64,000 nt of DNA from the human T2T-CHM13v2.0 reference genome, Homo sapiens. The position numbers and the translations under genes were made by a program. Positions 54,378 to 64,000 of this stretch are shown here, in pieces. The notes beneath the pieces were generated by a model. The model did no database searches. It worked only from the letters and a program-made list of their open reading frames with translations, and was not told the DNA's origin. How positions within the stretch are numbered: position 1 is the stretch's first letter; each line of letters begins with the position of its first letter. The stretch lies in NCBI RefSeq assembly GCF_009914755.1, contig NC_060937.1. One strand, written 5' to 3'.

Positions 54378-55070
54378 TATTCTATTTCATGAGTGGAGGT
54401 AAAAACACAAATGTATGTGTGTGTGTGTGTATTTCCTATTTCATGAGTGGAGGTATAAACATGGTTGCATATGTATGTGTGTGTGTGTATTTCCTATATC
54501 ATTAGTGGAGGTATAAACACAAATGGGTGTGTGTGTGTATTTCCTATTTCATGAGTGGAGGTAAAAACACAAATGTATGTGTGTATGTGTGTGTGTATAT
54601 TTCCTATTTCATGAGTGGAGATATAAACACGAATGCGTATGTGTGTATGTGTGTGTGTGTATGTATTTCCTACTTCATAAGTGGATGTATAAACACGAAT
54701 GCGTATGTGTGTATGTGTGTGTCTATATTTCCTATTTCATCAGTGGAGGTATAAACACAAATGCATATGTGTGTATGTGTGTGTGTGTGTGTATTTCCTA
54801 TTTCATGAGTGGAGGTATAAACACGAATGCATATGTGTGTATGTGTGTGGATATTTCCTATTTCATGAGTGGAGGTATAAATACGAATGCGTATGTGTGT
54901 ATGTGTGTGTGTTTGTATTTCCTATTTCATGAGTGGAGGTATAAACACGAATGCCTATGTGTGTATGTGTGTGGATATTTCCTATTTCATGAGTGGAGGT
55001 ATAAACACGAATGCATATGTGTGTATGTGTGTGTATATTTCCTATTTCATGAGTGGAGGTATAAACACAA
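54378..55070. repeat. Minisatellite/VNTR: 12 copies of a ~35-bp core with variable TG-rich spacers (unit 50-66 bp)
   Basis: Core tatttcctatttcatgagtggaggtataaacac at about 54378, 54430, 54488, 54538, 54598, 54664, 54726, 54792, 54852, 54916, 54976 and 55036. Confidence 0.97.
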
Positions 55071-55459
55071 GTTTAGTCAGCACTTTACAGCTAACGAAGT
55101 CCCTTGATGGAGGCAGGTTCTCAGGAAAGTTTGACTGAGTGGCTGAATGATACATTTCTGTGGACAGCACTTCTTAGTTGGAATAGAAAATGAAAACCCA
55201 AGGCACAGTGGATTTTACTCCTTCCTACCTTTAACAAAAATTGCTTTGAAAGGAAACAGATAAGTGTATAAATTTAAGACTTTAATGAGTTTATGTAATA
55301 TACTCTTTATTTTTATCAAAATGTGATGTTTATATAAGAAATCACAGTAATTATAAAACATGTCCTACTTTAAATTTTTCAAGATGCTTAAAATATTTAA
55401 AATACCTTAAATACATAACTTAGAATCATGAAAAAAAAAATATATATATATATAAAGAG

Positions 55460-56560
55460 AAAGGTAATTTTCAAAGAATGCCAGTTAAAAAATAAGAAGA
55501 ATATGACAAAATTAGAAATATCATCTTTTTTTCAATACATAATAATAACTGTTTTTACCAAGGACCAATTATTAGATGATAAAAACTACTGGATGAAAAT
55601 TTTTAGGAAGAAGGATGCTCACATTGCCACAAGGCCACAATTCTTCACTTATCATGTATCATATACATATATATATTTACCGTATAAATATAATGTTGTG
55701 TGATACATATACATATGTATATATTTACTGTATAAATATACGTGTGTCACACACATATATATACACACATATATACACACACACATATATATATGTATAC
55801 ACACTCTTACATCATATATATATACACACACATACCCACCTTCATAATGGAGTCACCTGGCAGTCACCATCATAACCAAGTCATTAAACCAGCATCATCA
55901 GTAATGGAGCAACATAAAATTATGTGCCTCCTGTTCAAATGCTTTAAGTGCACAATATCACCTACATAGTATTCTTGCTATGTTTTACTTGCTGCTTAAC
56001 AGAAGAAATGTTTTACTTGCTGCTAAACAGAAGGAAACAATGAGACAAATTCAGAATGCAGAACATTCTAATGATAACTCCTCTGGATTCTTCAGAAATT
56101 CAGTTACGGAAACCAAAATAAACCAAGTCACCACACAGATAAACATTCTCTTTCCATGAAAGAGAATATAGAGATCAGAAACAAAACAAAGCAAAGCAAA
56201 CTACGGTGAAACCACAAATTACAGTATAAGTAAATCTATGTATTGGATAATATTAACTTATTACTGATTTTCTTATACATGATCTATATTGTCATGATTT
56301 CTAGAGTAAACATAGAAAAGGATAGAAAAGGTAACACATCTGTGTGTGTATGTGTAATATACAGACACAAAGACAGACACAGAGATGTAGCCAGGTAGAT
56401 AGATGGATAGATATAGAGATAATGAGGGAGAAAAAAGCAAATGTGGCAAAATTTGTAACTGGTGAATTTAATTGAAAGGTATTTACTAGTATTTATTATA
56501 CTTTTGTTTCTATAAATTTGAAACTTTTCTGTAGATTGGAATTTTTTCAAAATTGAAATT
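55460..56560 (+). mobile_element. Old L1 (L1ME/MC-like) 3' fragments with embedded TA/CA low-complexity tract (55655-55833)
   Basis: cagtcaccatcataaccaagtcattaaa, gacaaattcagaatgcagaacattcta, aaatgtggcaaaatttgtaactggtgaat and tttctgtagattggaattttttcaaaat are typical L1M 3' UTR motifs. Confidence 0.6.
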
Positions 56561-58510
56561 TTGGCTGTGGTATACAGCTTTTCCCCTTTCCCTTCTATAA
56601 ATAAAGAATCTGAAAGCAATGAAAACAAAGAGGCGAGGTAACCAAACTGAAAGACAGAAGGAAGAAAATCTACTGAGAACCTTCGATGTGTTTGGTGACT
56701 TCACATACATTTTAGGAAAGAACTGGTTGAGGGCTGTGCAAAGTATTCCCCCAAAAGTTCTCTGCATTTGTGGATGGTAAAGCTAGCACACGCTGTTTGT
56801 GAAATCTGGTCAGGAGTTAGAGCAGAACAGCAGAAAGCAGTGCCTTGCAGTGCCCCATCCACCCACCATCTGACCACTGGACCAAGTAGTGAAGGGGTGG
56901 AAGTTATTGGGCGCACTGGAGTTGGCAGCTCTTAGAGAGCATGAAGCCAAGTCATTGGTTCAGTTGTTATCACAGCAGCATATCCTGTCCCTGCTGTCCT
57001 CAGTGAGGTATGAATGCCTGTGTCTGAATGGTCATAAAGGGTATCATAGAGAACTGAGAGGGCAGAACATTAATAACCATTCCTGTATCTGGGAAAAGAT
57101 GACTCGATTGAATTGCACATCTACTGAGAAAGTTCATCATTTTAGATAAGCAAAAGCTACTGAAGAGAAAAAGGACTGTAACCATGACAAGCAGCAAAGA
57201 ATCCCTTTAGATTTTGGTAGCCCTCCAATTCAGAGCCATCTATCAACACAGCCTTCAAAATAAAGAATATACTCATGCTCGTAAAAAGCTAGAATCAAAA
57301 TATCAGAGACCACATGGAAGGGATGTTATTACTCAGAAGTACGTTGGCATTTCAATTGATGTAGAGAATGGCTTACATTGTTATCAATTTAATGAGAAAA
57401 TTTACAACTTTAATGGTCACTTTGGGTCAGATCCAAACACTCAAGACTTCTTTGTAGTTTAGTTTAGCGTTTTTTGTTGCTTTGTTTTGTTTTCACTATT
57501 TGTGTTGTGATTTATACAAGTTGATTCACAAAGGTTATTTAATACTAATGGAAGTTGTCTACTATTACTGAAAATTCATTAAGTATTTATCAGCTTAGGG
57601 CTCTTAAAACTTAGAGAAAAATCAAAGAAAAACTTAAAAGTTTCTCAAGAAAATGCTACACATACCCACCTTTATAATGGAATCACCTCTCTGAAATGAC
57701 TGACCCTTTTTCTGTTTATTTCTCAGATCTTGTATCAGAATGTCATAGATATATTGTGATCAGCAATGCCATAGCACTGAAAGTAGAAGGCTTTTTGCAC
57801 TGCCTCTCAAACGTCAAGCCAAGAGACTGTTTCCTGACTTAATGTAATACTCAAAAAAAAAAAGCATTGAAAATACCATATATTTCAGACTTACAGAATT
57901 GAAAGAGATTAGATTACACCATATGGTAACCGACCCAGTTTCTTCAGTGACCTCAGACACCTACCTGAATTTCCTAGAAGTACCAGTTAAATGGGATCAT
58001 TTTTTTATTTTACTTTATTTAGTTGTGTTATATCACTGGAAATCATTAATAACTGACAATATTGACAATTTTTCTACATTGTGTTTTAGAACTCTTGTCC
58101 AACTCTGAGATTATGGTCCATGGAAGTGCTTCCTTAAAATAATTCATTCTAAAAAATAGCAATCTATACTATGATAATTTTTTTTAGTCAGATACCACAG
58201 TCAGGTAACAATGAACTCATAAATGACAACATTCCATTTTAGGCTAGAGATAATATATATTTTTTGTACTGGCCAGATTTAGCTACCAAAATCTTTAATG
58301 TCATTCTAAGTATCTATAAATACATATATGCATAAAGTAAGATTGATTGTAGATGAATTTAACTATTAAACAAACCTGACCTACAAATGCCTAAGTAGAT
58401 CTAAAAACTCACATAAAATAATGAAACATAGATGAGTAATGTAAAAGTAAAAATGTAAAAGTAGCCAGCATAACGCTCTGCATGATCGTGCTTCTTTTAT
58501 TACCTTTTAA

Positions 58511-58865
<355 letters not shown>

Positions 58866-60246
58866 TGATATTATCATTTCCCCTCACTTCTCTCAATCAA
58901 CTAAACAACCAACCGAACAAAAACAAACAAAAACCACAATGTCCATGAATTCCAGGGTCAATTCAGTGTATGGGAATCAGTCATCCTGTTTATAGAAAGA
59001 TAGAGTGGAGAAGGTGGAGAGGGTGGTTTTCACCGACTGGGGCAGTGGCTTCTGATGCTGCCACACAATGTTGTGGAATATGGAGTCCACGCATCCTGAA
59101 GGACACTTGGTCTTTCCACTTCAGTCCCCAGAGAAGAGTGAAGTCACTCTATACTTGGGCTCAACAATTAAAATTCTTTGAATTTATATTCAATCATTTA
59201 CGCATGTTTTCCCGAAGAAAGACTTCATGCAAGAATGGCCAGTGCTTAGGGATTTCCAGAGTAAGCAACACTTTTGGCCAGAAAAAGCCTTTTCTTAGGA
59301 CGGCCAGAGCTTGTGTTGAAAACTAGTATCAAGCCACCCTTGTTATTAATGTTACCATCCTTGTGAATTCTCCAAATGCTCCTGGAGTGCTACTCTCAGA
59401 ATAGTTTGTCAAGTGCCACTCTAGTCCATTCCATCACTTTCCCAAGCTTTGTGTTGGGGTCACAATCACTTTCCTCCCTGAGGATCTCTGGGATCCCTGT
59501 GTCAATAAGTTATCTACTAACCCGGATACTCAATGAGAAACACCAAAGATCATGTGATCTTCTTCATGTAGGGTAGATATATTGCTACCTAGATTGCTCA
59601 TGTGATTCTTCCCCCCACTCCACTAATAATAGCAATTTATTCCAAGATGTCTTTCTATGTAAACTTTTTAAGATGTTGGCGCATACATATATATAATATA
59701 ATATGTAATATATATTTATATATAGAATATGGAGGTTGGCATGAAACTATACATACTTGAATATATATATATATATATATACACACACCTATATTTAATA
59801 TATATCTTATTTCCATTTCCTCAGATACCCAATTATTTAAAAGTAGAAAAGTAATAAATCAGTGGTAAGGTTAACACCCAACATTACTATCAATGATATT
59901 ATGCAGCTGCTAGAGGTTGGCTTAAAAAAGGAAGCCTTCATTTCCTAAAAGAGATAGGCAGGATGCAAATGCAGTAACTCGCAACTTTTGTGATGTCTAT
60001 AAAGAAATGAAACTGTTGTTTAGGTAAAAATCAGCTTTCCTTTAAAAAGACAATATGCTTATATAAAGAGGAAACAATAAGTGATAGAGTGGATGACATC
60101 CTCAGGAATAATCTTTCAATGGGTGCAAAAAGAAATTTCATGTGAGATAATCTATAAGGATATACTAAAATGATATATGTGGAAGTTAGCATTTTGGGGC
60201 ATAAATAGCATGTAATTTGTCATTCATTTCAAAGGACAGATTTTCA

Positions 60247-60483
60247 AGGTCAGCAGTTCGAGACCAGCCTGTCTAACATGGTGAAACCCCATCTCTACTA
60301 AAAATACAAAAATTAGCCTGGCGTGGTGGTGCACGCCTGTAATCCCAGCTACTTGGGAGGCTGAGGCAGAGGAATGGCTTGAATCCAGGAGGCAGAAGTT
60401 GCAGTGAGCTGAGATTGCACTCCAACCTGAGTGACAGAGCGCCGAGGCTGCATAAAAACAAACAAACAAACAAACAACAAAAA
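60247..60483 (+). mobile_element. 5'-truncated AluS
   Basis: Starts aaggtcagcagttcgagaccagcc; right arm present; (CAAA)n tail. Confidence 0.9.
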
Positions 60484-60669
60484 CATAGTAATGAGAAGGA
60501 CTGGGGATTTTGCCTTTCTGGCAAAACAAAAAATGTATCCTAATATGGATACATGAATTCTAGTAGGAAGCAATGAGAAGACTCCTGGGACAGAGATCAA
60601 GAAAAGTTTAGTAACAGCAGTATCCAGAGTATCAACATTTTGTTCCCACATGGCAACACAAAGAGGATC

Positions 60670-60915
60670 ATGTAAAACAATAATTTACAAGGGGCAAAGG
60701 AATTTATAGGGGAAGAGGAACCTGAACTTAGGGAACCTGAATGTTCTATAATGGGGAGTAAGTATGTTTGCACACTGTTTCACAGGCAGAAATGATTCTT
60801 CATTTCCAAGGATGTTTGCTATATAAACATCCTCAAAAGAGAATCCAGAACAAAAAGGTGGTCAGTGCCTGACTTGCAAGATGTGCAAAAATGTGAGAGA
60901 CGAATTTTCTCCCAG
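60670..60915 (-). mobile_element. ERV1-class LTR fragment (MER34/MER39-like)
   Basis: ttccaaggatgtttgctatataaacatcctcaaaaga...cagtgcctgacttgcaagatgtgcaaaaatgtgagaga...ttctccca. Confidence 0.5.
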
Positions 60916-61190
60916 TGAAGATATGCTGGGAAGATGCAAAATAAGCTAAGAAAATTTTCACTCTAGATAAGAGGAGTCAAAGGAAGATTAGAAGGGATGC
61001 CTGGAATGTGTCAGTTTTGGTCTACTGTATATATAGAATTAGCTTAGATAGCTATGTCCTGTACCAGTATATCCACTACAATACTATCATTAAAAGATTA
61101 ATGCCTCTGCTAATTTATGGTAAACCTTTAGAATTGTCCAGTGTAATATTTAGAAACAGCACTTGTCTTTGCAGTTAAATTAATACAGAC

Positions 61191-61379
61191 CATTGATTCT
61201 CACCTAAGTATGATTTGGCAATTTCTAAAGATATTTGAGGATGTCACAACCTGGAGTACTGTTAGCATCTGGTAAGTAGAGGGCAGGATGCCCCAAATCC
61301 CACAATGCACAGGACAGCTTCCTAAAACAAATAATTATTCCACTTAAAAGCCAATGATGCCAAGATTAAGAAACCCTAA
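61191..61379. mobile_element. MER20 hAT MITE
   Basis: atttggcaatttctaaagatattt...tgtcacaac...gcatctggtaagtagagggcaggatgc...caatgcacaggacagc...gattaagaaaccct. Confidence 0.75.
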
Positions 61380-61689
61380 TGTATATATGCCTAAATTCAG
61401 TAATTGTATCTAAGTTCAAATAATCTTGGAAAATATTGTTTGAACTACATAATTATTGAGAAAATTTTAACTCAGAGGGTTTGCATTTAAGTGAACAAAC
61501 AAAAAATATTTTACCCTTCATTTTACTCATCAATCACTTAAAAATCATTTCTAGAAATATTCTGGATATAGTCTGATTGCACTAATTTAAATAAAGGTTA
61601 GTCTTCAATTCATAATTATATACCCAGTTAGTAAATACACACTTCAATGGAATGGAAAAAAAAAACAGATTTCATGCTCAATCTTTCGG

Positions 61690-61870
61690 AGATAGACTCC
61701 TAGAACCATCACTTATCAGCTGCAAGACTTTGGGAAATGATACAAGTTATTTGACCCTCCTGTCCTCAGCTTTCAAAGGAAATAATTATAACACAAATGT
61801 TAAGACTGGCTGAACAACAACATTATGAGTGTTAATTGAAATAACGGAACAGTAAAGTGCTTTGTAAATT
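61690..61870 (+). mobile_element. MIR
   Basis: ccatcacttatcagctgcaagactttggg...caagttatttgaccctcctgtcctcagcttt...gtaaagtgctttgtaaa. Confidence 0.6.
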
Positions 61871-63597
61871 CTAAAGCTACTAATATCAGCTGCTATGTTA
61901 AAGGCATGTTTTTCTGTTTCTTTTTCTTTTTCTTCTTTGACATCAAAAAGGCTATAATGATAAATGGCCTCTTCTCCTTCTGTAGGATCATTGATTTTCG
62001 AAATCCTCAAGAATGGTAAGAGTGACCTTTTTGTTCTTCTTCAGTGAGTTTTAGTTTACTCTATTTTGAAGGCCAGGTATGTGTCATTGTATAGAAGAAT
62101 CTGTCAAAAATTAGGATCACGTTTGATGTCACTTCTGAGCAACATGTTTCACGAAAGGTCTGAGAACTGACTTGGCAAGCCTTTCAAAATGGGAAAATTC
62201 AGGATTAAACCTGTATTGGAGCCTACCGAGGGAAGTAGAGTTACATATGTAGTCTTCATCTGCTTGTGAAATAACTCTTTTCCTTTTTCATTCCAAAAGA
62301 AGTAATGTATTGACTGCCTTATGGATTTGATTAATAAAATGCATCTTGCTCAAATCCAGTTTTTACAAGAGGTGATGGTAAATCCCTTTAAAGGAGGGTT
62401 TTAAGGCTGTGGCCGAAATGACTTAAGGGGACTAAGGCACTGAATCGTAAAACCTTACCTGAGATTTTTCCTAGGTTAGATACCAATGTTTTAGATACAA
62501 TTTTGTTGGTGTGGGTATAAGAATAGCATACACTGCTTGAAAAAGATTATACTAGCTGACCACAGAATTTCTGTGTTACTTATGCTGGATAACCATAAAT
62601 ATTTAAGAAGTGCCTAAGAAAAACCTAGGGTTCCAGTTTCAGAATTATATTAAAAAGAATCCAATCATCTAATCTGTTTCAAGGATGGTTCTAGCATCGG
62701 TTGTTGATTACATTGAGTATCAGCATAAATTTACATAACAATGAAACAGAATTGACTGTTTTTTCCAGCTGTGCAGACATGTAAAAGTATCATGCTGATG
62801 AATTTGATTGACATTTAGTGAGGAAAGTTTCTTCCCGTCATTCTGTCATCAACTATGGATGCTACCTGAATTTACAATGACCCAATCTTTCCCTTCAAAT
62901 ATTTACACTTGGGGAGCCATTTATGCTCATTAATAGGATTGGACAAGATAACAAATAAAAAGATGAGGATGAAAATTACCTCAAATACTTAGACAAATTG
63001 ACCTAAATAGAAGATAAAAGCTTGTTTAAAGTTCTTAATTTGTGAAACTGTTTTCAAAGAGTACATCCATTGCTTCCGTTTACACATAACGAAATTGAAA
63101 TACAATCAAAATGACAATATAGATAATAGAATTCACTTAAACCATGTATTCTCAAAGACAAGAACTTCCTATATATTCATAGATTACAGAGCTCACTTGG
63201 ACAATTATACTCATGAACTTACCAGTTTCTTTTGAATACTTCCATAGTTCAAATAGAATATTATTTTATATAGTCTTTTCCAAATTGCCTAATCATGAAC
63301 TCAGAAGGATTGAACTGATTAAATGGAAACTAATTAATTCTGAATTATTCAATATACTTCACATTTATTTGGATCAAAATCTGATCCAAATAATGATTCA
63401 TATGAATCAAAAATATTGATTAATACAAATATCTCAGATAAAATTCTGTACTATTCCTGATAGAAGTGTATTACATTAAGGAATAGCCTTTAAAATTTTT
63501 TGAGTAAGTCTTAAGTCTCATATCTCTGCAATGTAATAATTTATCTTTCTCATTGAGGTTTAGTTAATAGATAAGGACAATGATTATGGCGTATTGT

Positions 63598-63690
63598 CAT
63601 ACTACTTACCCATACAAAGAAAACATACTACTTAGCCATACTACTTACCCATACAAAGAAAAACATACTACTTACCCATACAAAGAAAAA
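63598..63690. repeat. Tandem repeat, 26-27-bp unit x3 plus a partial unit
   Basis: catactacttacccatacaaagaaaa(a) three times, with a partial catactacttagc after the first copy. Confidence 0.95.
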
Positions 63691-64000
63691 TGAATTTTGC
63701 TTCCGCATGTCTTATTTCAAACCACTTTTTAACATGCATTTCTTCATAGATACATATATATTTAACCTTTACATCCTAAATAGGTTAAAAAGAAGTTGTA
63801 ATTCGATTTCATTTTATTTTTGTTTATGGAGGCCTACAATGTCTTCCTAGAGCACAAAAGCAAACAGAAGTCAGAGACCCTCCTTTGCAATCTGAAACAG
63901 ACCTGTGGCTGGCTCCATGACGGCTGTGCCATGGAGGTGGGGCAGCTGGCGCCTGTGCTTTTGAACCCGCCTGTCCTGATATTAACAACATCAGCCTTGA

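Noticed and set aside
54378-55070. CRISPR-like repeat-spacer architecture
   Set aside because: The spacers are related low-complexity TG/TATG tracts rather than unique sequences, there are no cas genes, and the context is primate DNA. It is a minisatellite.
54577-55107. 176-aa ORF and overlapping ORFs
   Set aside because: They are translations of the VNTR (CV/VC repeats) with no coding signature.

Overview
This is AT-rich, CpG-poor primate (human-like) non-coding DNA, either intergenic or deep intronic. I find no credible protein-coding gene, RNA gene, CpG island or CRISPR array; the listed ORFs are chance frames or read through repeats. The window is a mosaic of interspersed repeats: about 12 Alu/FLAM copies (several with target-site duplications, TSDs), a full-length THE1C-like provirus with both LTRs and a 5-bp TSD, a second MaLR LTR plus internal segment, many solo MaLR/MLT2/ERV1 LTRs, L1/L2/MIR fragments and hAT MITEs. 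Subfamily names come from recalled consensus motifs and need RepeatMasker/Dfam confirmation. The most notable structures not explained by simple insertion are: (1) a ~235-bp, ~95% identical inverted duplication (33398-33636 vs 34611-34845) crossing an LTR/flank junction; (2) a 12-unit minisatellite with a constant core and variable (TG)n spacers (54378-55070); (3) a 4x50-bp array inside an old LTR; (4) a probable 10-bp twin-priming inversion on an L1PA fragment; (5) a TSD-less AluY with an apparent adjacent deletion; (6) a tandem repeat that triplicates a minus-strand splice donor; and (7) a few candidate cryptic or lncRNA exons. I see no evidence for a novel multi-gene biological system.
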